Positions 9,070 through 18,769 of a stretch of 64,000 bases of DNA are shown here, piece after piece. The notes below the pieces were generated by a model that ran no database searches, was not told where the DNA came from, and saw nothing but the letters and a program-made list of their open reading frames with translations. The DNA is taken from positions 975 to 64,974 of the forward strand of contig JAGOVB010000002.1 of NCBI GenBank assembly GCA_018060945.1, written 5' to 3'. The stretch's first letter is position 1. Every line of letters begins with the position of its first letter. Source of the stretch: Minisyncoccota bacterium (GTDB taxonomy: Bacteria > Patescibacteriota > Minisyncoccia > Phycocordibacterales > PALSA-1337). Position numbers and translations under genes: made by a program.

Positions 9070-10769
9070 CGGTCGGGAGTTATTTCATAGTAGTTTATCA
9101 GAAATTTTGTAATATCGATAAACGGGTTGGTCAGTGTCTCAGAAGCGTACTGCGTATTCTTTGGATAGACTTGGTACAAAAAGACTATGTACTGTGGGTC
9201 ATATGCTGGGAAATATCCAAAGAATGAGTGCAGATACCTATCGGTATAATACCCTCCATTGACCGGATCCGCAATCTGCGCAGTTCCGGTCTTTGCCGCG
9301 ATACTATAGTGCTCCATTTTGACTGTTCCCTGACGGAGTGCTTTGTCTACTACTTCGACGAGCATTTTGGTAACGGTTTCAGTTGTTTCCGGTTTCAGTA
9401 CTTGTTTTGGTTTTTCATACTCAACAGTTTCTGGGATACCACTATCGTGCTCAATCGTATTTACGAGGTGTGGAGTGATGAGCTTACCTCCATTTGCAAG
9501 CACTGACAGTGCCCGTGTGGTCGCAATTGGACTCATTGATATACCTTGCCCATATCCCATCGTAATATGCTCGATATCGCGTGTACCATCGAGGTTACGT
9601 GAAATACCTCTCGTTTCATTTGGCTGATCGATACCAGTAAACTCTCCGAAACCAAATGATCTAAAGTAGTTTGATATGTTTTTGTTCCCAGTTTTTTGTA
9701 CGATAAAAGCAATACCGATGTTGAGTGACTGACTGAGCACCTCCTGCATCGGTACTACCCCACGAGCTTTTCCATCATAGTTTGAAATCTTCTTTTGATC
9801 GACCGTGATGGTTCCCTTGTCATTGTATGTTGTATTTGCACTGATCGATCCAGTATCGATACCGACTGCCATAGTGAGTGGCTTGATGATCGATCCCATT
9901 TCATACGCACTTTCGACAAGTGGGTTTGAAAATACTTTTGGATTTTTCTCTCCTGACACATCATTTGGATTAAAGTTTGGCAATGCTGCCATGGCAAGGA
10001 TATCTCCTGTTTTTGGACTCATGACGATGACACCGATCTCATCTGATTGCCATTTTTTGCGAGCATCTGCGATCACTGCTTCGGCATAGTTTTGTACTGA
10101 TGGCTCGAGTGTTGTGACCACATCTCCAGACTCTCCTTTTGAAGTATGTTTAATGCCAGAAAATATTTCAGCAAAGAAATTTCTGAATTGCCCCTTGTCA
10201 TTTCGCACCAGGATATCGTCATACTGTCGTTCCAAACCATAGCGACCACGATACTCAGTACCTTGAAATCCCATAAGACCGATCGCATGTGCTGCCAAAC
10301 TCTGTGCTGGGTATGTGCGCCATGCATCACGATAGACGATGACACCCGGTATTTTCATCTTTTGGATTTCTTCACCTGTTTTTTCTTCGAGTCGTTTACT
10401 CAGCTCTTCAAATGGGTCATCTTTTTTGGCTGCTTTTTCTATAAACTCATTTTTGTTGAGTGCCACAAACTGACGCAACCGCTCATATGTCTCTGCGGCA
10501 TCATCGAGATCTTTTGGACTGATCGCGAGCGAAACTCCCTCTTGGATGGTCGCAGCACTTACTCGAGTACCGTCTTTTGAAGTAAAAAATATACTCCCTC
10601 GGTCAAATAGTGGTGCGCTACGGCGCTCATACTGACGGTTTGCACGTTCGGCAAATTCTTTGCCATTGATTATCTGGACATGATAAAGTTTTGCAACCAA
10701 AACTAGGGCAGCAAAAATCACACATGCAATCACGATCCTAATTCTAATTGAATAGTTATCTGATTTCAT
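9066..10769 (-). CDS. ftsI: Penicillin-binding protein, FtsI-type transpeptidase
   Basis: It has the SxxK motif (GSIIKP), SNY and KTGTA, plus an N-terminal TM helix. The start is placed at MKSDNY (10769); the ORF track extends to 10847 and overlaps ftsL. Confidence 0.8.
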   Translation of the reverse strand: MKSDNYSIRIRIVIACVIFAALVLVAKLYHVQIINGKEFAERANRQYERRSAPLFDRGSIFFTSKDGTRVSAATIQEGVSLAISPKDLDDAAETYERLRQFVALNKNEFIEKAAKKDDPFEELSKRLEEKTGEEIQKMKIPGVIVYRDAWRTYPAQSLAAHAIGLMGFQGTEYRGRYGLERQYDDILVRNDKGQFRNFFAEIFSGIKHTSKGESGDVVTTLEPSVQNYAEAVIADARKKWQSDEIGVIVMSPKTGDILAMAALPNFNPNDVSGEKNPKVFSNPLVESAYEMGSIIKPLTMAVGIDTGSISANTTYNDKGTITVDQKKISNYDGKARGVVPMQEVLSQSLNIGIAFIVQKTGNKNISNYFRSFGFGEFTGIDQPNETRGISRNLDGTRDIEHITMGYGQGISMSPIATTRALSVLANGGKLITPHLVNTIEHDSGIPETVEYEKPKQVLKPETTETVTKMLVEVVDKALRQGTVKMEHYSIAAKTGTAQIADPVNGGYYTDRYLHSFFGYFPAYDPQYIVFLYQVYPKNTQYASETLTNPFIDITKFLINYYEITPDR

Positions 10770-11091
10770 TAGAAGTTGTACGAGCAACTCCCTGTGCCTT
10801 CTTTGAAATGTATACAGCTGATGTCGGTTCAGAAAAACCAAGCTCAACTGCGGTAGCGAGGGTAACTGAGTTCTTTAATGAAAAATACTGCGCTTCGAGC
10901 ATACCGATGGCTCCGCTTTTATTTCGATTTACTTTGAGCAATGCTTCTCGAGCTAGTATGTTGTGTACTGTCGTGTGGACAAGGCCAGCGTAGGTGAGAA
11001 CAAGTGAAAGAATGAGAAAAGCAAATACATAAAAAAGATGCTCTCTGTATGAGTTTACTCCGGATATTGTATTTTGAATTGCTTTTGTCAT
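10756..11091 (-). CDS. FtsL-like small bitopic cell-division protein
   Basis: 111 aa with a single TM helix. It lies between rsmH and ftsI, so the call is positional. Confidence 0.5.
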   Translation of the reverse strand: MTKAIQNTISGVNSYREHLFYVFAFLILSLVLTYAGLVHTTVHNILAREALLKVNRNKSGAIGMLEAQYFSLKNSVTLATAVELGFSEPTSAVYISKKAQGVARTTSNEIR

Positions 11092-11092
11092 T

Positions 11093-11959
11093 TTATATTT
11101 TCTTTTCGATAATTCTCAATTTTGCACTACGTGAACGTGGATTTCTGACTTTCTCCTCATCACTCGGCACTATTGGTTTTTTTGTTAAAATAGTTGCTTC
11201 ACTTTGCTTTTCTTTAAAAAATCTTTTGGTCACTCTGTCTTCGATACTATGAAACGATATGACGGCCATCCTTCCTCCTGGGTTTAGTGCTTCGAATCCT
11301 TTTCTCAATCCTTCTTTCAGTGTGTTTATCTCGTCGTTTACCGTGATTCGAAGTGCTTGGAAAGTCCTCGTCGCTGGGTGTATTCTGCCTCGGTGATATG
11401 CGTTGGGCGTACCGAGCTTGATCGCTTCGACTAGTTCAAATGTGGTTTTGATCGGCCGAGACTCGACGATGGATTTTGCAATCCTTCGAGAGTATCGCTC
11501 GTCACCATATCCGTAGATAATGTCTGCGATATTTGCTTCGTCCCAAGTGTTTACAATCTCGCTCGCAGTCAGATCTTCTTCTGTTACATTCTTCTTGAAC
11601 GTCATAAGAAGTGGCTCATCTTTCTGAAAAGTAAACCCACGTCCTGAAGTTTCGAACTGATCTGAAGAAAGTCCGAGATCGAGCATAAAGGCATCTATTT
11701 TTGCTATTTTGAGCGAAGCTAAAGCAATGTCTAAATTTCTGTAATTTTCTTGTATAAAAGTTCCTCCTTTTAGTCGTTTTTTGCTTCGTTCAATTGCTTC
11801 GAGGTCCTGATCTAGGCCGATCACCGTAGCTCCTTTTTCAAGAGCATATTCTGAGTGACCGCCCGATCCCAATGTTCCATCGAGATATATACTGCCTTTA
11901 TGCAGGTTAAGGCCGTCTATTGATTCATGTAAAAGAACAGTTGTGTGGATGAGAGCCAT
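11093..11959 (-). CDS. rsmH: 16S rRNA (cytosine1402-N4)-methyltransferase
   Basis: 288 aa with HTTVLLHESI, DGTLGSGGHS, DLGLSSDQ and FHSIEDR. Confidence 0.9.
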   Translation of the reverse strand: MALIHTTVLLHESIDGLNLHKGSIYLDGTLGSGGHSEYALEKGATVIGLDQDLEAIERSKKRLKGGTFIQENYRNLDIALASLKIAKIDAFMLDLGLSSDQFETSGRGFTFQKDEPLLMTFKKNVTEEDLTASEIVNTWDEANIADIIYGYGDERYSRRIAKSIVESRPIKTTFELVEAIKLGTPNAYHRGRIHPATRTFQALRITVNDEINTLKEGLRKGFEALNPGGRMAVISFHSIEDRVTKRFFKEKQSEATILTKKPIVPSDEEKVRNPRSRSAKLRIIEKKI

Positions 11960-12393
11960 TAGAGCATTCCTACTTGGCTTAGTTTTTCCGCCAAGGAATC
12001 AGCCTGCTTCTCCACGACCTGTTTGTATTCGCCCCATGCTTTTTCATCCCAAAGCTCCACTCGAGTTTGCACTCCAACGACTGCAACTTTCGAACTGAGC
12101 TTTGCCCGTCCCTTTAAAAAGTCCGGGATGAGGACGCGACCAATTGTGTCGATCTCTGCTTCAACCGCTCCTCCCAAGAGAAATCGGTTAAAGCTTCGAC
12201 TGTCTGCATTGAGCATAGAAGATTCGCTGAGTTTTTCAGTGATTTTCTTCCATTCAGTGGTTCCGAAGACGAATATACAATTATCGAGTCCTGGAGCAAG
12301 CACAACTTTCTTGCCCATTTCAGTTCGAAACTTTGCTGGGAGAGATAGACGATTTTTCTCATCAATTGTATGTATGTATTCTCCTATAAGCAT
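11959..12393 (-). CDS. mraZ: Transcriptional regulator MraZ
   Basis: 144 aa with duplicated SpoVT/AbrB-like halves (DEKNRLSLPAKFR and IDTIGRVLIPDFL). It is the first gene of the dcw cluster. Confidence 0.9.
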   Translation of the reverse strand: MLIGEYIHTIDEKNRLSLPAKFRTEMGKKVVLAPGLDNCIFVFGTTEWKKITEKLSESSMLNADSRSFNRFLLGGAVEAEIDTIGRVLIPDFLKGRAKLSSKVAVVGVQTRVELWDEKAWGEYKQVVEKQADSLAEKLSQVGML

Positions 12394-12406
12394 TTTATTG
12401 TATCTC

Positions 12407-12452
12407 CCACTTCATCCCACTTAGGTAACATTATATACCACTTCATCCCACT
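12407..12452 (-). promoter_or_regulatory. mraZ promoter region with putative MraZ operator repeats
   Basis: On the minus strand, AGTGGGATGAAGTGG occurs twice (12452..12438 and 12421..12407). That gives four GTGG boxes with 10-nt spacing inside each copy. They flank a TATAAT -10 element (12435..12430). Confidence 0.5.
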
Positions 12453-12480
12453 CTCCTATTCGTACAAGTGTGGAAAACTA

Positions 12481-12507
12481 AAAAAGCCCCTTTGCGAGGG
12501 GTTGTTT
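12481..12507 (-). terminator. Intrinsic terminator after the NYN gene
   Basis: Hairpin CCCCT-TTGCG-AGGGG flanked by an A-run and a T-run. On the minus strand it is followed by CTTTTT. Confidence 0.5.
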
Positions 12508-12555
12508 GACAACATTAGTGGCTCTGCTATAATTTTAGAACAACGAAAAAGGATC

Positions 12556-13080
12556 TCATGAAGGTGCGTCCCCATGCGGTCCTTTTTCATTTCCAGAATC
12601 TGAGATCAAATTACGCAGAGTACTTATAGACGCAATATTCCCTTTAACTGCTCGTTTAATTAAAATAGAAGCTCTATCGATAGCTGGGACTAATGCTATT
12701 TTAAACTTATTTCTCTCTAACAAGAGATCCACGAGTATTTTAAAATCACCATCACCACTTATTATGACCGCTTCGTCAAAGACATTAAGATTCAACATAA
12801 CCGTAACGGCTAAATCGACATCAATATTGGCTTTTAGTCTATTATCAATATATACAGTCTCTTTAAAGACAATTTCGTAACCAATTTGCTTAAGATAACT
12901 ATAAATTGATTCATTCTTTTTTATATACCCAATAAAAAGTATAGCTTTAGTGACTTTATACTTACTTTTGAGATAATTTAGAAATTTCTTAAAATCAATC
13001 CTCCATTCTAAAGACTCCACCCCCTTAATTAGGTTTTGGAAGTCAATAAAAGCATAGTTGTTTTCTTTCTTTATTTGCAC
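12556..13080 (-). CDS. NYN/LabA-like (PIN-fold) ribonuclease domain protein, paralog 1
   Basis: 174 aa with FIDFQNL, ANIDVDL and IISGDGDF. It has a GTG start with TGCTAGAGT 6 nt upstream. Confidence 0.7.
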   Translation of the reverse strand: MQIKKENNYAFIDFQNLIKGVESLEWRIDFKKFLNYLKSKYKVTKAILFIGYIKKNESIYSYLKQIGYEIVFKETVYIDNRLKANIDVDLAVTVMLNLNVFDEAVIISGDGDFKILVDLLLERNKFKIALVPAIDRASILIKRAVKGNIASISTLRNLISDSGNEKGPHGDAPS

Positions 13081-13137
13081 TTACCTACTCTAGCAAAACA
13101 GAGATAAAATCTTTATGAAGTTTTAATAAAAATAATT

Positions 13138-14592
13138 TTATTTTAAAGGGTCTGTTTTTGGACGCATCAATGGGAATGTCTGTAGCTCTCGTAGTGGCTT
13201 GTCTGCTAGGAATGCAAAGAGTCGATCACCAAAACCATAGCCGCAAGTTGGTGGCATACCGTGCTCAAGCATTTCGACAAATTCATAATCTGCCATCATT
13301 GCCTCACTATCTCCTCCCTCAATAAGTTTTTGTTGAACACTAAATCGCTCTGCTTGATCGATGGGATCATTGAGCTCTGAGTATCCTTTGCCAAGCTCAC
13401 TACCTGCCAAGATAGGTTGAAACATTTGAGTCACTGACTTGCCTGGGAGATTTTTTGCAAGCGGACCGACAATCGTAGGATGATTTATAAGAAACGCAGG
13501 GCCAGATATATTTTTTCGACAGTACTTCCAAAGAGTGTCGATCAAACGTTCCTTGTTGTCCCCTTCATACTTTACTTTTAGGTCATCGAGCTTTGCTCTC
13601 ATCTCCTTTTCATTCGCAGTATACACATCGATGCCAGTTTGCCGTTTTACTTCTTCTACATAGTCGATATTTACCCATTCGTCAGCAAGGTCAAAGGTAT
13701 GTCCACGAGTTGTGAATTTTGTTGTACCAAAAACTTCTTTTGCGATAGCTCGATACATCTTTTTGACCAAATCCATACCGTCTTTGTAATCTGCATACGC
13801 CCAATAAAACTCCATATTTGTGAATTCCTGAAGATGATCGGGGCTTGAGCCTTCATTTCGATATACTCGTCCTATTTCAAAAGTCTTTGGAAAGCCTGCG
13901 GCCATGAGTCTCTTTTGCCAAAGTTCTCCTACTGATATACGGAGGTATACATCGAGATCGTAGTCGTTATGATGTGTTTTGAATGGAGTCGCTTCAGCTC
14001 CTCCAGTCGTTACTTCGAGGGTAGGTGTTTCGACTTCGAGGAAGCCATGCTGCTTTAGGAATGCACGAGTAACATCCCAAAACTTTGATTTCTTTATCAA
14101 AAGATCACGCAGCTCTGTATTCATCAAAAGATCGAGGTAGCGCTTTCGATATCGCTCATCGGTGTCTTGTAGTCCATGCCATTTGTCTGGTAGTGGTGCA
14201 ATCGCCTTGGTTGCCATCACCCAATCTTTTACCAAGAGACTCTGCTCTCCGCGCTGTGTAGTAAAAAGTTCTCCAGTCGCTGAAATAAAGTCACCGATAT
14301 CTACTGCATCTGTAAAAAGAGTGAATAGTTTTTCATCCAATGCATCTTTTTTAAAAACTAGCTGAAACTTTTCTGTGCCATCGTAGAGAACAGCAAACAA
14401 AATAGCACCTTGTCCTCGGATCGCCATGATACGACCGACAACAGAAATTGTCTTTCCATCTTTAAAAGACTCCTTTGCCTGCAAAAGAGTATGATCTTGA
14501 GGAACTTTGGCAGGATAGGGATCCATCCCTGCTGCCTTGAGCTTACCGAGCTTTGCGATACGAGTATCGCGGAGCTCTTCAAATGATGCCAT
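13138..14592 (-). CDS. lysS: Lysine--tRNA ligase (class II)
   Basis: 484 aa with FLEVETPTL, GGAEATPF, RISVGELWQKRL and EIGRVYRNEG. Confidence 0.92.
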   Translation of the reverse strand: MASFEELRDTRIAKLGKLKAAGMDPYPAKVPQDHTLLQAKESFKDGKTISVVGRIMAIRGQGAILFAVLYDGTEKFQLVFKKDALDEKLFTLFTDAVDIGDFISATGELFTTQRGEQSLLVKDWVMATKAIAPLPDKWHGLQDTDERYRKRYLDLLMNTELRDLLIKKSKFWDVTRAFLKQHGFLEVETPTLEVTTGGAEATPFKTHHNDYDLDVYLRISVGELWQKRLMAAGFPKTFEIGRVYRNEGSSPDHLQEFTNMEFYWAYADYKDGMDLVKKMYRAIAKEVFGTTKFTTRGHTFDLADEWVNIDYVEEVKRQTGIDVYTANEKEMRAKLDDLKVKYEGDNKERLIDTLWKYCRKNISGPAFLINHPTIVGPLAKNLPGKSVTQMFQPILAGSELGKGYSELNDPIDQAERFSVQQKLIEGGDSEAMMADYEFVEMLEHGMPPTCGYGFGDRLFAFLADKPLRELQTFPLMRPKTDPLK

Positions 14593-14593
14593 T

Positions 14594-15058
14594 TTATTGA
14601 AGATCGATTATCTTATAGCTTACTTTTCCCTTGGGTGTCAGTACGCTAATTGTATCACCTTTTGTCTTGCCCATGAGTGCGGCACCGATCGGAGAGTGGT
14701 TTGAAAGCTTACCGTTTGCAGTGTCTACTTCTTCTGAACCGACAATCATAAACTTTCTATTTTCTTTTTCTCCTTCTTTTTGCACGAGAACGGTCGAACC
14801 GATAGAGACGGTTGAGCCATGTTTTTCATCTAGAATATTTGCAGTTTTTAAGACCATTTCGAGGTGACCGATACGATCTTCTACCTTTGCCTGTTCTTCA
14901 CGCGCTTCGTGGTATTCGGCATTTTCAGATAGGTCTCCTAGCTTTTTTGCATATTCTAGGCTTTCTGCAACTTCTCTTCGGCGCACATTTCTAAGTTGTT
15001 CTAATTCTGACTTCAACTCTGCAAACTTTTCTTTGGTGAGGTATTGTGTTTCTTGCAT
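14594..15058 (-). CDS. greA: Transcription elongation factor GreA
   Basis: 154 aa with GDLSENAEYHEAREEQ in the coiled coil and a C-terminal FKBP-like domain containing SPIGAALMGK. Confidence 0.9.
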   Translation of the reverse strand: MQETQYLTKEKFAELKSELEQLRNVRRREVAESLEYAKKLGDLSENAEYHEAREEQAKVEDRIGHLEMVLKTANILDEKHGSTVSIGSTVLVQKEGEKENRKFMIVGSEEVDTANGKLSNHSPIGAALMGKTKGDTISVLTPKGKVSYKIIDLQ

Positions 15059-15108
15059 ATGCGATAAGTATTACCGGGTCATCATAGCAGAAAAAAATGA
15101 TTTTGTCA

Positions 15109-16773
15109 TTATTTGAAGTATTCTGGTGTGTTGATACTCATCCAATCGAGTAATTCTCTAAACGCCACCCCAGCTCCAATGAGGTTATGGACCTCACCTC
15201 TTTCCATCACAATAGCAAATGCGTACTTTGGATTTTCGTATGGAAAATAGCCTGTCATCCATGAGTTTACTTTTTCTTTACTTGCACCGAGCTCGGCAGT
15301 ACCCGACTTTGAAGCGATCTTGACGTACGGAACATTGAGCGACTGACCTGTACCCTCTTTGGTTGCCAAAAACATGCCTTCTTGAACAATTTTGTAATAT
15401 TCCGTAGGCAAATCGATTGTTTTCTCAATTTGGGCAGTGTCTGTCTTAAACAAAGTCGGAATCATGATCTTCCCCTCATTAGCCACACTTGCAACTGCCC
15501 TGACTGCTTGTAGTGGGGTGACTTGAAATCCATACTGACCGATCGATGTGTGGTAGGTATTCCCTAGTCTCCACGTATCGCCGTCGAATGTTTTGATTTT
15601 CCATTCGGGTGTAGGGATAACTCCTGCCGGGCTTTGAGTAAAGAAATTTGATGAAACTTTTTCTCCAAAGCCAAACTTTGCAACATACTCATCGATTTTG
15701 CGAATACCGAGACCTTTTTGGTCTTTGTATCCTCCACCTATAGCATAAAAGTAAACATCGGATGAAACTGCGATCGCCTTACGCATATCTACATATCCAT
15801 GTGCTTTCCAATCTTTAAAGATTGTCTGTAGTTTTGGATCGTATTCATTTTGAATAGAGATGGAGCCTGTACTCAGTATTTTCTTTGCTGGATCGATCAC
15901 CTTTTCGGTTAAGGCTGCAAGTGCCATAAAAGGCTTGATAATAGAACCAGGGGTATACAGACCGTCAGAAGCCCTATCCAAAAAGGGTGTATTCTTGCTA
16001 TTTAAATATTCATTTATCTTGGTACGATCTTTTGCCTCAGACATGATGTTTGGATCATATTCAGGGTAGCTCGTGAGTGCGATGATCTCACCCGTACGGA
16101 CATCCATGATCACTCCAGCACCGCCACCAAAGCCTACTCGCTCAGCGATCCCTTTTATCACTTGGTACATTTTACTTTGGACACGACTGTCGATAGAGAG
16201 TGTTACTGCGTCACCATTTTCAGGAGGTCTTACTATATTTTCTCTACTTATTTTACTGAGCGCGTTTACCTCGATGATCCTCAGTCCGTTTTTACCCTGT
16301 AAGTCATCATTGAGTGTTTTTTCGACACCATCCATACCAACAAAGTCTTCTCGGTAATAAAATCCTGAACTGTCTTTAGTCGGATACTGGATATACCCGA
16401 CTACATGAGCGATCCCTGGTATCTCTTTGTATTTTCTGAAAAGGACCTCTGGATCACTACTCGGAGCATTCCATGCGAGCTCTACTTTATTTCGATCATA
16501 TATGATTCCTCGAGCTGCAAAAAGTGGCGTGTGACGCAAATAGTTTTTTTCACTGAGCTCCGAGTACACTTCTCCTTCTTTTACTTGCAATATGCCAGTA
16601 CGAATGGTGAAAAAAGATATGACACACATAAAAAAGACCAACACTGCATAGCCAGTGGCTTTTGAAATTGGAGAATCGATCCTCCCTTCGAACTGATGGG
16701 TATCAAAATCTGGGAGATTGCTCGAATCCAAAAATATTTCGTCTGGATCAATATCTTTATGTCTTCTTCTCAT
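15109..16773 (-). CDS. mrdA: Penicillin-binding protein 2 (elongasome transpeptidase)
   Basis: 554 aa with the SxxK motif (GSIIKP), SSDVYFY and KSGTAE. It lies downstream of mreBCD. Confidence 0.85.
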   Translation of the reverse strand: MRRRHKDIDPDEIFLDSSNLPDFDTHQFEGRIDSPISKATGYAVLVFFMCVISFFTIRTGILQVKEGEVYSELSEKNYLRHTPLFAARGIIYDRNKVELAWNAPSSDPEVLFRKYKEIPGIAHVVGYIQYPTKDSSGFYYREDFVGMDGVEKTLNDDLQGKNGLRIIEVNALSKISRENIVRPPENGDAVTLSIDSRVQSKMYQVIKGIAERVGFGGGAGVIMDVRTGEIIALTSYPEYDPNIMSEAKDRTKINEYLNSKNTPFLDRASDGLYTPGSIIKPFMALAALTEKVIDPAKKILSTGSISIQNEYDPKLQTIFKDWKAHGYVDMRKAIAVSSDVYFYAIGGGYKDQKGLGIRKIDEYVAKFGFGEKVSSNFFTQSPAGVIPTPEWKIKTFDGDTWRLGNTYHTSIGQYGFQVTPLQAVRAVASVANEGKIMIPTLFKTDTAQIEKTIDLPTEYYKIVQEGMFLATKEGTGQSLNVPYVKIASKSGTAELGASKEKVNSWMTGYFPYENPKYAFAIVMERGEVHNLIGAGVAFRELLDWMSINTPEYFK

Positions 16774-17018
16774 AGACGCAAACGACGCTTTGTGATCTCT
16801 ATGATGACAAATGCGACGAATACACTACTAGTATATATGATAGAGCCATTGGTGCCATAGAGACTGTCGATTATGATCCCGACCACTAGAGATTCTATAT
16901 AATTTGGGAAGTAAAATATGGGCAACAAGACTAAAATCGAGGCAAGTGGATAATACACCACAGCAATAATCAAAAGGATGGTAATCAAAACTCTAGTATA
17001 AAAATTATTTTTCAACAT
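16770..17018 (-). CDS. mreD: MreD-like small membrane protein
   Basis: 82-aa hydrophobic ORF between mreC and mrdA. The start is placed at MLKNNF; the track ORF extends further into mreC. Confidence 0.5.
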   Translation of the reverse strand: MLKNNFYTRVLITILLIIAVVYYPLASILVLLPIFYFPNYIESLVVGIIIDSLYGTNGSIIYTSSVFVAFVIIEITKRRLRL

Positions 17019-17733
17019 ATACTCGTCTGAGTGATTGAAGTGGGATAGGGCCTGTAAACAAAACTGAATCAAAAGCTCGAGCTGGGTCAGTAACAATATA
17101 CTCGACTTTTCCATACGCTGTCGTAGTAATATCTGGGACCGTGACCAAGTTGCCAACGACAACCTTTGCTTCTCGGGGCACAAGTGCTTCGAACATACCC
17201 CCTCCTCGACCTACTGCAGTAGCTCTGACTGAAGAGCTAGCAACTCCAATTATCACCTCGTACTTTTGTTCTGGAGAAGAATAGAGCTTTGCTTTTGAAG
17301 TATTTCTTTGTACTTCCTCAATTTGTCCTAAAAGAATCTGGTTCCCAGCATAGACTCTTTTACCGACCTCTACACCCTGAGCTACACCAATATCAATAAT
17401 CAATGTATCGTACACAGATTTTGGTGGCAGAGCCAAAACATGACCAAGTAAAACTTCACTCGGCTTTTTCTGCCCTAACTCCGAAAGAATTGTTTTGTGC
17501 TCTTCTTCGATCAGCTTAAAAGAATCTATCTGTGAACGCAGCTCACTTATGAGCTGTGTCTGATCATCAAGCGTGGTAGACCATAGTGGTGTAAATATTC
17601 TATGGAAAACACCAGGTAAGAATGTCGGCGTAAGAATCTGTATCAAAACAAAACAAATGAAAACCAAAGTAATCCCTTTTAGAATAGGGATTTTCTTTCG
17701 TTCATATCGATCACTTTTTAGGTGGAAGTTCAT
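17005..17733 (-). CDS. mreC: Rod shape-determining protein MreC
   Basis: 242 aa with an N-terminal TM helix, a coiled coil and beta-rich repeats. It lies after mreB. Confidence 0.8.
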   Translation of the reverse strand: MNFHLKSDRYERKKIPILKGITLVFICFVLIQILTPTFLPGVFHRIFTPLWSTTLDDQTQLISELRSQIDSFKLIEEEHKTILSELGQKKPSEVLLGHVLALPPKSVYDTLIIDIGVAQGVEVGKRVYAGNQILLGQIEEVQRNTSKAKLYSSPEQKYEVIIGVASSSVRATAVGRGGGMFEALVPREAKVVVGNLVTVPDITTTAYGKVEYIVTDPARAFDSVLFTGPIPLQSLRRVYVEK

Positions 17734-18769
17734 CTTCGTTACTTATCAAAACATCTTTATACGAATCCAGCTCTTCAAGAATGATACCCGTACCACGAGC
17801 GATGGCAGTCAGTGGATCCTCTGCGACATGTACTGGTATACCAAGGGTCTCAGATAGGAGTGTATCAAATCCCTTGATAAGCGCACCCCCTCCGACCAAA
17901 TGCACGCCTCGGTGCATGACGTCAGCCAATATTTCAGGTGGAGTGGTTTCCAAAATTTGTTTTATCGACTCAGTCAACACATCGATCGAACTTGCCATTG
18001 CTTCACGGATATCCGAGTCAGTCACTACCACCTCACGCGGTAGCCCAGTGATGAGATCGCGACCACGGATCGTAGACTCGAGTGGTTCCCCAGGATAGAC
18101 CTGCCCTACTTTTATTTTTATAGTCTCAGCTGTCTTTTCTCCAATCAGTATTTTAAATTCGTTTCGGATGTATGAAATGATGTCGGAGTTGAGCTTGTCT
18201 CCAGCGATCTTCAAACTCTTTGAACGGACAACTCCACCGAGAGAGATGATGGCAATATCAGTAGTACCTCCACCGATATCGACGATCATGCTCCCAACTG
18301 GATCGTGGATAGGTAGTCGAATACCGATAGCCCCTGCCATCGGTTGCTCGACGATGTACACCTCTCGCGCACCTGCATTTTTGGTTGCATCTCGGACTGC
18401 GCGTATCTCTACGTTTGTCACTCCACAAGGCACGCCTACTACCACCCGGGGTCCTAAGAATTTTTTAGAAAATTGCTCTGCCTTTTTTATAAAATATGCG
18501 AGCATTTCTTCGGTCACTTCAAAATCAGAGATCACTCCATCTACAAGTGGGCGGACCGCAGTGATGTGCGCAGGAGTACGACCGATCATCTCTTTTGCAG
18601 CAAGACCGACTGCAACCACTCGTCCTGTCTTTTGGTTTACTGCCACTACCGACGGCTCGTTGATGATGATTCCCTTTCCTCGCACATAGACCAGCGTATT
18701 AGCCGTACCGAGATCTATTCCAATCTCATTAGACAGCCAGAACCTTAATTTTTTCTCGAATTTCGTCAT
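17711..18769 (-). CDS. mreB: Rod shape-determining actin homolog MreB
   Basis: 352 aa with IGIDLGTANTLV, DIGGGTTD and GGGALIKG. Confidence 0.92.
   Translation of the reverse strand: MTKFEKKLRFWLSNEIGIDLGTANTLVYVRGKGIIINEPSVVAVNQKTGRVVAVGLAAKEMIGRTPAHITAVRPLVDGVISDFEVTEEMLAYFIKKAEQFSKKFLGPRVVVGVPCGVTNVEIRAVRDATKNAGAREVYIVEQPMAGAIGIRLPIHDPVGSMIVDIGGGTTDIAIISLGGVVRSKSLKIAGDKLNSDIISYIRNEFKILIGEKTAETIKIKVGQVYPGEPLESTIRGRDLITGLPREVVVTDSDIREAMASSIDVLTESIKQILETTPPEILADVMHRGVHLVGGGALIKGFDTLLSETLGIPVHVAEDPLTAIARGTGIILEELDSYKDVLISNEDELPPKK

Noticed and set aside
18168-18689. Long antisense or shadow ORFs inside confirmed genes (for example 18168..18689, 20193..20681, 52307..53068, 39788..40399, 35758..36096, 8541..8801)
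   Set aside because: They overlap genes with clear homology or a better coding signature on the other strand or frame. Their low-complexity Ser/Pro/Thr-rich translations are typical of shadow frames.
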